From the IMG/VR virus record IMGVR_UViG_3300012683_000009: a stretch of 61,886 nt of DNA; one strand, written 5' to 3'. The notes beneath the pieces were generated by a model. The model was not told the DNA's origin. It was given only the letters and a program-made list of their open reading frames with translations, and did not search any database. Made by a program: the position numbers and the translations under genes. The first letter of the stretch is position 1; each line of letters begins with the position of its first letter. The DNA is from a virus. Positions 1 through 9,324 of the stretch are shown here, one piece after another.

Positions 1-1020
1 AGGGCACCGTGTCGAGCAGTGAGACGATATGCCTCGCCAAGTCGAACCTGGCCTCTGAGAGAGGCACAGACTCGGATAGCGCCGCTGTCATCCTTCGAGA
101 GGCGATGAGAGCCTCGGAGAAGGAGACAGTCGTCAGCAGAGGCTGGTGGAAGTCCGCCTTCGAGGTCATGGCATCGGAGGAGGAGACGCTCTCGTTCAGA
201 GCCACTACCGTCCTCTTCAGGGCAGCCAGGTTCTCCACCAAGGCATCTGTCTCAGCCAGGGGCTGAATGTAGTGCGCCAGGGACGCCAGGGACTCTGAGG
301 AGGGCACAGACTCTGCGAGCAGCGCCCTGAACTTGCCGATCGCAACCATGGCCTCTGAGAAGGACACGCTCTCTGCCAGAGGGATCACCACTCGGTAGAG
401 TGCAGCCAGGCTGTCGGAGAAGGGGACGGTCTCTGAGAGCAGAGGGTGCGCCCTCATGATTGCCGTCAGAGACTCAGTCAGGCCGACCGTCTCGGAGAGG
501 AAGAACTCAGCGTGGTTGCCAAGAGCTTCATTCAACGAGTCCGTCTCGTTCAAGAACTGAACGAAGTGCATCACGACGGTCTCTGCCTCTGAGAGGGTGA
601 CCGTCTCGCTCAGAGCCGCTGTCATTCCCTTGGATACGAGAAGTGTGTTCGCCAGCGTGACAGTCTCGTTCAGGGTGCTAAAGAAGTGGGCAAGGGAGAC
701 GAGCGACTCTGTGAGAGTCACCGTCTCATTCAGTGAGGCCTTGAAGGCCGCCAGGGCGACCATCGACTCCGACAGGCCCACCGTCTCGGACAACGAGTTG
801 AAGAGACGAGCAATGGACGCCAACGACTCGGAGAGCCCCACGGTCTCCGACAGCACCTTGAGCATGTGCTGACTCACAGAGACGCTGTCAGAGAAAGCTA
901 CGGTCTCCGGAAGAGGTTGGATGCCGGCGAAGCGGCTGGCCAGGGACTCTACGGAAGCCACCGTCTCCGGAAGAGGGGCCGAGAAAGCTACGACGTTGCC
1001 GCCGGCGTGGTCGGAAGGGT
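1..1020. repeat. About 17 copies of a degenerate 60-bp tandem repeat (each 60-nt line starts aggNcacNgNctc...), coding
   Basis: Seen directly: the 60-nt sequence lines are in register from 1 to about 1020. Confidence 0.8.
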
Positions 1021-1162
1021 TGAGACGGATCTCGTTGGTTGCGTCTTGCGATGGCCTCATCAAGAAGATGTTGACGAGGGTTCTTGTGGCCGCATCAACA
1101 GGCAGCAGAACGATGTTGCCTGGAGTGCCGTCCGCCTGGGCGAGGTAGACGTTGACGGACAT
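1..1162 (-). CDS. Partial (3'-truncated by window edge) fibre-like protein built of 20-aa tandem repeats (consensus about LSETVxLSESLxxLAxFxxx); ATG at 1162-1160
   Basis: Manual translation of the reverse strand from ATG 1162 gives an open frame with no stop to position 1 (over 380 aa); absent from the ORF track because it has no in-window stop; 60-bp periodicity of DNA; lies directly downstream of the 1172..1681 gene on the same strand. Confidence 0.6.
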   Translation of the reverse strand, partial: MSVNVYLAQADGTPGNIVLLPVDAATRTLVNIFLMRPSQDATNEIRLNPSDHAGGNVVAFSAPLPETVASVESLASRFAGIQPLPETVAFSDSVSVSQHMLKVLSETVGLSESLASIARLFNSLSETVGLSESMVALAAFKASLNETVTLTESLVSLAHFFSTLNETVTLANTLLVSKGMTAALSETVTLSEAETVVMHFVQFLNETDSLNEALGNHAEFFLSETVGLTESLTAIMRAHPLLSETVPFSDSLAALYRVVIPLAESVSFSEAMVAIGKFRALLAESVPSSESLASLAHYIQPLAETDALVENLAALKRTVVALNESVSSSDAMTSKADFHQPLLTTVSFSEALIASRRMTAALSESVPLSEARFDLARHIVSLLDTVP

Positions 1163-1171
1163 AGGAGGACC

Positions 1172-1681
1172 TCACGAAGGAACGAGGGTCCTCACCGACG
1201 ATCCGATGAAGTCTGGGGATCCAGCTTTGTAGGCGACCAGGAAGTGGTTCTGAGAGGGGTACTGCGAGATGAACTCGAAGTAGCCGCCAGAGTCGCTCGT
1301 GACTTCGGCGATGAACACCTCGGAGACGTCTGACGTGTTGATGAGGTACCCACGGATGAGGCAGCTTCCGAGTGGGTTGCCGTTTCCGTCCTTGGTCACG
1401 CCGACGATCTTGAGCTGCGACTGGCAGCCACCCTCTTGTGGAGGAGGGGCCCAACGCCCGGTGGCAGTGGCATCTTCACTCAGAATGCCACAGGACATCT
1501 CAGGGCCGCAGTAACGAGTCCTGGGCCACAGAACGGCATCGGCGAAGGGAGCTGTGGCAGTGAACGTACCTGCCTGCTCCGGCACCGACTGGTACTGAGG
1601 GGGAGCGCCACGATCATCGTTCGGCACCGTGAACCACACGGCGCTCGTGTTGCCGTTCGCTGGAAGAGTGAACTTGCTCAC
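1172..1681 (-). CDS. Beta-sandwich (carboxypeptidase-regulatory-like) domain protein, probable fibre/virion-associated
   Basis: ORF track; motif GVTKDGNGNPLGSCLIRGYLINTSD resembles CarbopepD_reg-like fold; same-strand cluster with fibre genes. Confidence 0.5.
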   Translation of the reverse strand: MSKFTLPANGNTSAVWFTVPNDDRGAPPQYQSVPEQAGTFTATAPFADAVLWPRTRYCGPEMSCGILSEDATATGRWAPPPQEGGCQSQLKIVGVTKDGNGNPLGSCLIRGYLINTSDVSEVFIAEVTSDSGGYFEFISQYPSQNHFLVAYKAGSPDFIGSSVRTLVPS

Positions 1682-1899
1682 GGTCGTACCAGGGTGGGGT
1701 CCGCAGGCTCGATGGAAACGTCTTTCGGTGGAACCACCAGAGGGGCGTTGGGCCTCCCATGGTTCCTCACGGCGTCGATGGCGTTGTTCAGCATGGCGAG
1801 GCAGAACACCTTGTCGGCGATCGGCCCTTCGACACTCAGCGCACCGTCAGGCCAGCACTTGATGACAAGGGCAACGACAGGTTGCTTCTGATCCGCCAT
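1678..1899 (-). CDS. Hypothetical protein (73 aa)
   Basis: ORF track; 4-nt overlap coupling with neighbours. Confidence 0.4.
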   Translation of the reverse strand: MADQKQPVVALVIKCWPDGALSVEGPIADKVFCLAMLNNAIDAVRNHGRPNAPLVVPPKDVSIEPADPTLVRP

Positions 1900-1908
1900 G
1901 GTACCACC

Positions 1909-2340
1909 TCATTCGTCGATCACGGCCCAGACGTCGCAGACCGGGGCGGTCGCGATGATCCAGACGACGATGCTGTTGCTGATGGGAACGCCGAGACCTC
2001 TTGGGAAGGTCCAGATGATACCAGCACCGATCGTGGCCGTGCAGGCGAAACGACGGAAGAAGTTGGTGGGGACGGTCGGAGCGGTACCCCACGCCACTGC
2101 CGCAGTCGTGAGACCCGTCGGGCCACCACCGTCTGCCTCGTCGAGGAAGGTCTGAGGCGAGGTCGGGGTGACGCCGATGGCGCCAGGACGGCCCAGGCCG
2201 TACACGCCGGCGGTCGCAGCGGTCTGGCTGATGCCGACCTCCATGATCTTCGGCTTGTTGGTTGCCGCCGTGCGGACTTCCCAGCTCGGGGTCGCAGCGG
2301 TACCCGAGGTGGTGCGCTGCGAGAGTGAGTAGATGGCCAT
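1909..2340 (-). CDS. Hypothetical protein (143 aa), G/A/T-rich, probably structural
   Basis: ORF track; compact same-strand packing. Confidence 0.45.
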   Translation of the reverse strand: MAIYSLSQRTTSGTAATPSWEVRTAATNKPKIMEVGISQTAATAGVYGLGRPGAIGVTPTSPQTFLDEADGGGPTGLTTAAVAWGTAPTVPTNFFRRFACTATIGAGIIWTFPRGLGVPISNSIVVWIIATAPVCDVWAVIDE

Positions 2341-2347
2341 GTTCGTC

Positions 2348-2935
2348 TTACCCCAGGGTGATGGTGTACGTGATCTCCAGCGTGTCGTTGAGCACGAGCG
2401 AACGCTGGGTGAAGGCGAGAACGTGGTTCATGGTGCCGCTGGATGACGCCGTGAAGAGCGCTGCCTTCTGAGCCGACTGCGAGCCGGTGGCCGTGAAGGT
2501 CTTGTCGACGGTGGTCTGGTTGCCTGCGCCGGTGGGCAGCACGACGATGCCCTGAGCTCTGGTGAGCCCGTTGGCTGCGATCTCGTTCGAGAGGGTGGTT
2601 GAGGTCGCCGTCTCGGTGAGAGCATCGTTCGAGAGGGCGACGTAGTTCAGCCCGTTCGCACCGAGACCGGAAGTGCCGTAGCCCTGGGTGTGAAGGAAGA
2701 TGCGGCCGGGGTTGGTGATGAGGTTCCAGACGACCTCTGGCTCATCCACCATCTTGAAACTGCGAGGGTCGGGGACGAAGAGCCCCGTGGCCTTGTCCAT
2801 CAGGAAGTCCGTCGGCCGACGGTGGGTGATCTTCATCTGAGCTCGGCCGATCGGGATGAACTCCTTCAGAGGCGAGCGGAGAAGAACGGAAGCTGCCATC
2901 TTCTCTGCACTACGAACGAGCTCTCGCATGTCCAT
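2348..2935 (-). CDS. Hypothetical structural-like protein (195 aa)
   Basis: ORF track; T/S/G-rich beta-like composition. Confidence 0.5.
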   Translation of the reverse strand: MDMRELVRSAEKMAASVLLRSPLKEFIPIGRAQMKITHRRPTDFLMDKATGLFVPDPRSFKMVDEPEVVWNLITNPGRIFLHTQGYGTSGLGANGLNYVALSNDALTETATSTTLSNEIAANGLTRAQGIVVLPTGAGNQTTVDKTFTATGSQSAQKAALFTASSSGTMNHVLAFTQRSLVLNDTLEITYTITLG

Positions 2936-3238
2936 GTCTTACTGCTCCTGAAGTGAGGGGCCCGATGGCCAAGGGAGAGAACTGGAGTTCCCGGACGTGA
3001 GGTGGCATGGTACCCGTCCGGGTGTTCGTCAGAGAAGCAAAAGTTTGGTGTCAAGAGTGATGGAAGGTTAACCGGTACGGGATACCGGGCTCCGCTCGAA
3101 ACGGATGCGCTCCCTCCGGGGAGTGGGCTTCGACTGCTCAACCTTCCGCTTCTGGAGAGTAAACAGCGTAGGTCGCTGGCCCGCCTGCTAAGCGGTGCGC
3201 CCCGAAAGGGGTGTGATTCGAGTTCACTGCTCTCCGCT

Positions 3239-6200
3239 TCACTTCTTCTTCTTGAAAACGACTTGGACGCTCGGACGAAGGATCTGAGAACCCTCGCCAA
3301 CGAGAAGAGTGACCTGGCCGTGGAGAAGTACCTTGCCGGTGGCGGTTCCCGCTTCGAAGATGACGTGGTCTCCCTCGTTGATCTCGTTCGGCGACTGACC
3401 TCCCTCGTTGACAGGGACGGGCGCAGCAAAGACGAAGTCCGGGAACGTCGGCATCCAGTCGGTGCTCGGCTCACGCTCCAGCTTGACGAAGAAGGAACCA
3501 CCCTCTTGAACAAGAGGAGCCTTCTGCCAGATGAAGTCCGGCATGATCGGCAGCCACTCGACATCTGGCACCCGGATGAAGATGCGTGTGTAACCAAACG
3601 CTCCTGTGTCGACAGGTCTTGGTGCTGCCCGAGCGAAGTCTGGGAAGTCCGGCGACCACGCAAGAGCGGGCGTGTAGTCGAGATCGAGGAACGAGATCGT
3701 CCCCGTGTCGACTGGACGAGGCAGAGCTCTTCCAGCGAAGTCAGGGTAGCTCGGCGCCCAGTCGACGTAGGGCTCGTATTCGAGGTGAGCACGGAAGACA
3801 CCGCCGACATTGACTGGAGGCTGAGCCTTCCTTGCGAAGTCTGGGTAGTCGGGGAGCCAGTCGACGGCGGGCTCACGCTCCTGGATGACGATGACGCTCT
3901 GGCCTTGCGGAACGAGAGGCGTCTTGCCCCGAGCGAAGTCCGGATAGTCCGGGTACCAGAGAGAGTTGACCGTCGGGGCAACGAAGCGCTGGAAGAAGTA
4001 ACCGCCTTCGTTGACGGCACGAGGCAGAGCTCTTGCTGCGAAGTCTGGGTAGTCCGGAGACCAGTCGAGCTGAGGCTCTCTCTCCAGATGGGTGCGGAAG
4101 ACGCCACCTTCATTGACCGGCCTCTTCGCCGCACGTGCGAAGTCTGGGTAGCTCGGTTCCCAGGAGAGCTTCGGAACGAAGTCCGGATCAAGGAACGAAG
4201 CCCCGCCCTCTCTCAGGGTCAACGCACGAGGGAGAGGAGCAACCGCATCCTGGTAGGACGGGAACCAGTCGGTGGGCTCGTACTCCAGATGAGTGCGGAA
4301 CTGCCCACCCTCGTTGACTGGACGAGGGGCAGCTCTGGCGAAGTCTGGGAAGTCTGGGAGCCAATCGACATCTGGCTCTCTCTCAAGCTTGACGAAGAAC
4401 GCTCCGCCGACGTTCAGCGGAGGACGAGCAGCACGAGCGAAGTCAGGGAAGCTCGGGGACCAAGAGAGCTTTGGTACGAAGTCGAAGTTGTCGAAGGGGG
4501 CGAGACCGCCTTCATTGACCGCTCTTGGGAGAGCTCGACCTGGGAAGTCTGGGTACTCAGGGCTCCAGTCAGTCGTCGGTTCGTACTCAAGATGCGTCCT
4601 GAAGACGCCGCCCTCATTGACGGGGCGTGCAGCCGCCCTGGCGAAATCCGGGAAGTCTGGGAGCCAATCCGTGACCGGAATGCGAGGAGGAGTGGCTGGG
4701 ACCCGGAAGACACCGCCTTCGTTGACAGGCCTCGGAGCTGCCCGAGCGAAGTCAGGAAAGTCCGGCAACCAGTCGGTGGTCGGCTCACGCTCTTGAATGA
4801 CGAGAGCGAAGAAGCCCTCTCGAACAAGAGGAGCACTGGTCCTGGCGAAGTCTGGAAATGCGGGGGACCAAGACAGTTTCGGAACGAAATCGAAGTTGTC
4901 GAGAGAGGCGTACCCGCCTTCGTTTACTGGCCGTAGAGCTTTCCTACCGGCGAAGTCTGGGTAATCCGGAAGCCAATCGGTCGTTGGCTCGTACTCAAGG
5001 TGAGCTCGGAAGACGCCACCCTCGTTGACCGGCCGAGGCGCTGCTCTGGCAAAGTCAGGGTAGTCGGGAAGCCAGTCAGTGACTGCTTCACGCTCTTGAA
5101 TGACGAGGACACTGAGACCGGTGTCGACGGGCCGAGGCTTCGCTCTTGCGAAGTCCGGGTAGCTCGGAGCCCACGCCAGCTTGGGAACGAAGTCTGGATC
5201 GAGGAACGAGAGACCCGTCTCGGCAAGAGCAGTTGCTCTCTTGGCTGCCTGACCTGGGAAGTCCGGATAGTCCGGGCTCCAGTCGGTGGTGGGCTCGTAT
5301 TCGAGGTGGGTTCTAAAGAGACCACCTTCGTTGACCGGTCGAAGAGCCGCACGACCAGCGAAGTCAGGGTAGTCAGGACTCCAATCGAGCTGTGGCTCCC
5401 TCTCCAGATTCGTCCAGAAGAGACCACCCTGTGGGTTTCGAGCAGCGGCCCGAACCTGATCAACACCTTGGTCCCACGGGAAGCCAGTTGACGGGTCGAA
5501 GCCTGTCGGAGTGAAGACGAAAGGAGCTTCTCCGCCCTTCTCGACAGGAACTGCTCTTGCCCGAGCGAAGTCCGAGAAGGTCGGCTGCCACGCCATCTTC
5601 GACACGAAGTCGAGAACGGGCCCTCGGATGTTCTCCCACTGGCTGACGGCGAACGGTGAGAGAGTGTTGCCGTTGACGGAAGAGTCGACGAGCTTGTCGG
5701 CTTCCGACGCGAACTTCCAGAACCCGCTCAGGTTCGAAGTTCTGACCGTGGTGAACGAAAGACGCTCAGCCTCGATCTCAGCGTCAGTGAGCTGGGCATC
5801 GTACAGCTTCCAAAGAGACAACCCTCCCGTTAGGAAGTTGGAAGTCGTGTACGAGAAGTACATCTTGAACGAGGCGCCCTGGGCGACGATCGTTCCTGTG
5901 GCACTGACGATGGCGTCGGTCTCGGTGCCACGGAAGATGGTAGCCGTGGTGCCGTTGACCCGAAGAGCGATGAAGTAATACTTCTGATCGACCAGCGCTC
6001 CGGAGATCGTCGCTGGCCGGGTGAAGCCGAAGGTGTCGACGAGAGCGACCTGCCCGGTCTTGAATTCAAGAGCGAGACCAGTGCCGGCGGCGTCACTGAC
6101 CCAGATCAGTGAGTCGTCGGCAGTAGCTGCATCGAACTTGGCCCAACCGCAGACCGTGTAGCTGGTGTTGTTCGCCGGAAGCCCGCTACGGAAGAGCGGG

Positions 6201-7375
6201 TCGTTGGCCGAATCGAACCTGATGGCCCCGAGCCCGGCTCTGGGGACCTCAAAGAGTCCGCCCTCAGGAACTAGACGTGGAAGCCTTCGAGCAAAGTCCG
6301 GGTACTGTGGAAGCCACGAAGGACTGTTCGCCGGGCTGAAGCCTGCTGGAACGAAGGTAAAGTCGACAGCCCCACCACCGTCTAGAACTCCTCGACTCTG
6401 CGGACGTAGAGCAGGAGCTTCCTCTACCTGTTCGAAGAAGGTCTTGAGAGACGGATCGAACGGCCCATCCTGGAGGAACGGACCTTCTTCCGTGCTCCAA
6501 GAACCGGCCCCGATGTCAGAGAGATTACGAACAAAGCCGCTGGAGTCGATTAGACGAGTAGCGGCATTCTCCAGCTTCCAGACGAACTCGATGTTCGCCG
6601 TACGAGCAGGGAGAATTCGCGTCGACTCGGCGAGAGCTTCGGCTGCCGACAGCGGAACACTGTGAACCTTGAAGCCAGTGAGGCGTCCATCGAAGTTGTC
6701 GAGGAAATCGTCGGTACCAATCTCGAAGGTGGTGGGCGTCCACCCCGTCGTCATTCCAGTGACAACAGTATGAGTAAGCGGACCGCCAACTACGCCAACG
6801 TATGCATCGGCGTTTCCTCCAGTGCCGACCGAGATGCAGGCAAACATCCACTTGCCTGGGACGAAGGTCTCGATGAGAACGAAGCCTCCGTTCCAAGCGA
6901 GGAGGATCTCGTTGTCGCTGAGGACTTCGATGTTGTGGTAGTTGGTCGGGCCAGCGTCGTTCAGGGTCCAGAACGCAGCGTCGCCAGCAGGCGTGGTGGT
7001 CTTATAGAAGAAGCAAGAGACCGAGTAGTTGGTCGGCCCTACGAGATTCGTGTCTCGATGGAGTCCGTTGTTGTGATCAAGACCAACGAGCTTGAGCGCC
7101 GTTCCGAACTGAGACGGTGGTTTCGACTCGGCGTCCTGACGAAGGCCCGGCGACCGTACGGCTGCTCTTGCCGGCTGATCAGGGTACGACGGAAGCCAGG
7201 TCGGAACTGCTCCGGGATCTACTCCCGGAGGAACAAAGACGAAGGCTGTCGCCGCCAGAAGAAGAGCAGTAGCCCTTCTCGGCACGCTATGCGCCGGAGG
7301 CCCAGGAGGCTGCTCGTAGGGAAACCCGTTAGCCGGGTCGAACGGTGCCGCTTGCGTGGAGAGTAGGAGCGACAA
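3239..7375 (-). CDS. Giant (1378 aa) repeat protein: two LamG/concanavalin-like lectin domains followed by about 25 copies of a 33-aa repeat (DW[LS]PD[YF]PDFAR..P.PVNEGG...); probable tail fibre/receptor-binding protein
   Basis: ORF track; LamG-like segments (NYSVSCFFYKT...WMFACISV and NTSYTVCGWAKF...YYFIALRV); repeats evident in translation; overlapping ORFs 3002..4936(+) and 2866..4191(-) are shadows of the repeats. Confidence 0.75.
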   Translation of the reverse strand: MSLLLSTQAAPFDPANGFPYEQPPGPPAHSVPRRATALLLAATAFVFVPPGVDPGAVPTWLPSYPDQPARAAVRSPGLRQDAESKPPSQFGTALKLVGLDHNNGLHRDTNLVGPTNYSVSCFFYKTTTPAGDAAFWTLNDAGPTNYHNIEVLSDNEILLAWNGGFVLIETFVPGKWMFACISVGTGGNADAYVGVVGGPLTHTVVTGMTTGWTPTTFEIGTDDFLDNFDGRLTGFKVHSVPLSAAEALAESTRILPARTANIEFVWKLENAATRLIDSSGFVRNLSDIGAGSWSTEEGPFLQDGPFDPSLKTFFEQVEEAPALRPQSRGVLDGGGAVDFTFVPAGFSPANSPSWLPQYPDFARRLPRLVPEGGLFEVPRAGLGAIRFDSANDPLFRSGLPANNTSYTVCGWAKFDAATADDSLIWVSDAAGTGLALEFKTGQVALVDTFGFTRPATISGALVDQKYYFIALRVNGTTATIFRGTETDAIVSATGTIVAQGASFKMYFSYTTSNFLTGGLSLWKLYDAQLTDAEIEAERLSFTTVRTSNLSGFWKFASEADKLVDSSVNGNTLSPFAVSQWENIRGPVLDFVSKMAWQPTFSDFARARAVPVEKGGEAPFVFTPTGFDPSTGFPWDQGVDQVRAAARNPQGGLFWTNLEREPQLDWSPDYPDFAGRAALRPVNEGGLFRTHLEYEPTTDWSPDYPDFPGQAAKRATALAETGLSFLDPDFVPKLAWAPSYPDFARAKPRPVDTGLSVLVIQEREAVTDWLPDYPDFARAAPRPVNEGGVFRAHLEYEPTTDWLPDYPDFAGRKALRPVNEGGYASLDNFDFVPKLSWSPAFPDFARTSAPLVREGFFALVIQEREPTTDWLPDFPDFARAAPRPVNEGGVFRVPATPPRIPVTDWLPDFPDFARAAARPVNEGGVFRTHLEYEPTTDWSPEYPDFPGRALPRAVNEGGLAPFDNFDFVPKLSWSPSFPDFARAARPPLNVGGAFFVKLEREPDVDWLPDFPDFARAAPRPVNEGGQFRTHLEYEPTDWFPSYQDAVAPLPRALTLREGGASFLDPDFVPKLSWEPSYPDFARAAKRPVNEGGVFRTHLEREPQLDWSPDYPDFAARALPRAVNEGGYFFQRFVAPTVNSLWYPDYPDFARGKTPLVPQGQSVIVIQEREPAVDWLPDYPDFARKAQPPVNVGGVFRAHLEYEPYVDWAPSYPDFAGRALPRPVDTGTISFLDLDYTPALAWSPDFPDFARAAPRPVDTGAFGYTRIFIRVPDVEWLPIMPDFIWQKAPLVQEGGSFFVKLEREPSTDWMPTFPDFVFAAPVPVNEGGQSPNEINEGDHVIFEAGTATGKVLLHGQVTLLVGEGSQILRPSVQVVFKKKK
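3500..5900. repeat. Coding tandem repeat region (about 99-bp period) inside the giant gene
   Basis: Periodicity of W-PDYPDFAR motif in translation; boundaries approximate. Confidence 0.6.
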
Positions 7376-7390
7376 CGCCCACCCCCAAGG

Positions 7391-7687
7391 TTACTTGCTC
7401 TGCTGAGCGAGGATGGCTGCGGCGATGCGGCTCACATCTTCGTCGCTGAGCTTCATGGTGACAACACGAGGCTCTTCGACTGTTGGCAGGCCAACCTCAG
7501 GTCCTGGGCGAGCGGCCACCGCTTCGGCCTCACCGGACCCGTCCCACACCTGGTAGAGGGTTGGTCCATTGCCCTTCTGGATCTCTTCGCGGCACTCGGC
7601 CTTTGGGTAAGTGCCAGCAGCCAGAATCTCTTCCAGCTTCTTGTGCGAAGCGTTTCGATCTGCCGTCTCGAACAGTTTCGTAGCCAT
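7391..7687 (-). CDS. Hypothetical protein (98 aa; start MATKLF)
   Basis: ORF track 7391..7735 trimmed to the ATG that overlaps the upstream stop (TAATG). Confidence 0.45.
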   Translation of the reverse strand: MATKLFETADRNASHKKLEEILAAGTYPKAECREEIQKGNGPTLYQVWDGSGEAEAVAARPGPEVGLPTVEEPRVVTMKLSDEDVSRIAAAILAQQSK

Positions 7688-8358
7688 TAGAAGATCGCCA
7701 CCTCTGCCCAAACGATGTTGACTGCTGCCGTCCAAGTACCGGTAGCTGGGACGGCCACGCTGCGAATGACGAGTCCTTCGTTCTGGACAAGGACAAAAGG
7801 GTGCCCAGCGTCTAGGTCACCAGCGTAGATGTCGGTACCTGGGCCGATGATCTGACCGTTCAGCGAAGCAGTGATGGGGCCGGGGGCGGCAATAGCTCCC
7901 ATCGAGTTGGCTTCGAGAGTGGAGGTACCGGCACCCAAAGCAGCAGTGGTGGCAATACGAATGTCACCAGCGGCCACCAGCGAAGAGCCCATGCTCGTGC
8001 GCTTCTTGAGGGTGGCCGATGGGGTAACCGAGGTACCACCGGTTCCCTGAGCCGACCAGGTCGTGACCTTCACAAGGTCTACTTGAACAGGAACACCAGC
8101 GGCGAAGAAGGTGGTGCTGACCACCGCAGAGATGCTGATGCGCTGAATGACGGCGAGGCGAGTGGCATCCGTCCAACGAAACTGGAAGATCTGCGAGTTC
8201 GCACCAAGAGCGGCGGGCAGAATGCCGGTGAAGCCACCGTACCGGTAGTGACCGAAGGAGGTGTACTCCAACGGCTTCGCTGACGTGCTGAGAGCACGGA
8301 ACGTAGTGCCCTGCACCTCGGCGACCGTTCCTCCGTTTCCCTGAACTTGAATCGCCAT
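7687..8358 (-). CDS. Hypothetical beta-rich G/A/T/S-rich protein (223 aa), structural-like
   Basis: ORF track; composition; same-strand cluster of similar small proteins. Confidence 0.5.
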   Translation of the reverse strand: MAIQVQGNGGTVAEVQGTTFRALSTSAKPLEYTSFGHYRYGGFTGILPAALGANSQIFQFRWTDATRLAVIQRISISAVVSTTFFAAGVPVQVDLVKVTTWSAQGTGGTSVTPSATLKKRTSMGSSLVAAGDIRIATTAALGAGTSTLEANSMGAIAAPGPITASLNGQIIGPGTDIYAGDLDAGHPFVLVQNEGLVIRSVAVPATGTWTAAVNIVWAEVAIF

Positions 8359-8361
8359 GCC

Positions 8362-8652
8362 TTACAGGCCTCCGGTCATTCCCGAGCTCAGGTATACCTC
8401 ACCTGACCCAACAGTGAGAGACAACTCTGTAGCCTTGTCTCTTGCAGCCGAAGCACAGGCGGCATGGATCTGAGCCACCGTTGGCGAGTTCTGCCCAACA
8501 CTCAGTTGCAAAGCCGTGATGTCGTGCGGCCCCTGAACCGCCCCGTTGTCATCGACATCTGAGCCGAAGAACGACACCGTGCAACTTACGTCGACCTCTG
8601 AGGTGTTCTGTCGGTTGAAGAACTGCTTGATCGACACAAATGCTTTGGCCAT
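8362..8652 (-). CDS. Hypothetical protein (96 aa)
   Basis: ORF track. Confidence 0.45.
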   Translation of the reverse strand: MAKAFVSIKQFFNRQNTSEVDVSCTVSFFGSDVDDNGAVQGPHDITALQLSVGQNSPTVAQIHAACASAARDKATELSLTVGSGEVYLSSGMTGGL

Positions 8653-8664
8653 TTGCTTTTCCTC

Positions 8665-9054
8665 TCAATTCCAAACCCAGGCAACGGTCCAGAGACCGTA
8701 GATGCGAGTACCAGCACCACCCACGCTTGTTACACCTTGCTGCGCTGCTGAAGATACAGGACCGAGACCGACGGCAGGACGAGTGCCAGTCAACTTGTCC
8801 AACGGCTCGTTGAGCTGACTGTTGTTGAATGCGTAGATCGTGAAACCCGTACCAGCCACGATCTTGCCGGCAAAGATGTTCATGGTCTCTACCATGTGCT
8901 CATCCGCAAGATGGTCCGCCGTATCAACTGGTCGGAGCCAGGCTTCTACGAGAGACCCAGCGACGATTCCCGCCTGTCCGGTGATGACGACAGACGCATC
9001 TGATCCACCTGGGAAGGCACCGAAGTCGATGGTGGTGGATCCTTGCGCTCCCAT
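8665..9054 (-). CDS. Hypothetical beta-rich protein (129 aa)
   Basis: ORF track. Confidence 0.45.
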   Translation of the reverse strand: MGAQGSTTIDFGAFPGGSDASVVITGQAGIVAGSLVEAWLRPVDTADHLADEHMVETMNIFAGKIVAGTGFTIYAFNNSQLNEPLDKLTGTRPAVGLGPVSSAAQQGVTSVGGAGTRIYGLWTVAWVWN

Positions 9055-9057
9055 GGC

Positions 9058-9321
9058 TCAGACTCCGATCGACTTCAGCATCCTCGCTCTCGCCTCGTCC
9101 TTCTCCATCTTCTTCTCGAACGGCGTGCAGGTTCCCGTGTTGTGACACGTCGGGCAGACCCCCTTCATGCAGAGCCGGCAGAACCCGCCGAGAGTAGACG
9201 GGTCCGCCTTTGGCTCGATGAAGACGATCTTGTTGCAGTGGCAGCAGGTGAACGTGTCCCGTTCCTTGGTGGTAGTTCCAAGGTCCGGGTCTGTCCAGGT
9301 GGCGTACCCCTGTACCCGCAT
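9058..9321 (-). CDS. Cys-rich putative zinc-binding protein (87 aa; CCHC...CxxC...CxxC)
   Basis: ORF track; cysteine pattern. Confidence 0.5.
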   Translation of the reverse strand: MRVQGYATWTDPDLGTTTKERDTFTCCHCNKIVFIEPKADPSTLGGFCRLCMKGVCPTCHNTGTCTPFEKKMEKDEARARMLKSIGV

Positions 9322-9324
9322 CGG

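Noticed and set aside
1-1020. Possible CRISPR array (regular 60-bp repeats)
   Set aside because: No repeat/unique-spacer alternation; the repeats are degenerate, contiguous and protein-coding; no cas genes.
9-1333. + strand ORFs 9..266, 597..872, 866..1333 with 20-aa TVS periodicity
   Set aside because: Reverse-frame images of the minus-strand tandem-repeat gene; the minus frame is the one continuous with a proper ATG/RBS after the upstream gene's stop.
2866-4191. 441-aa minus-strand ORF (S/T/R-rich)
   Set aside because: Alternative frame of the giant gene's repeat region; low-complexity; overlaps two real genes.
3002-4936. 644-aa + strand ORF
   Set aside because: Antisense shadow of the giant repeat gene 3239..7375; its periodic EVW/EVR repeats mirror the real repeats; poor start context.
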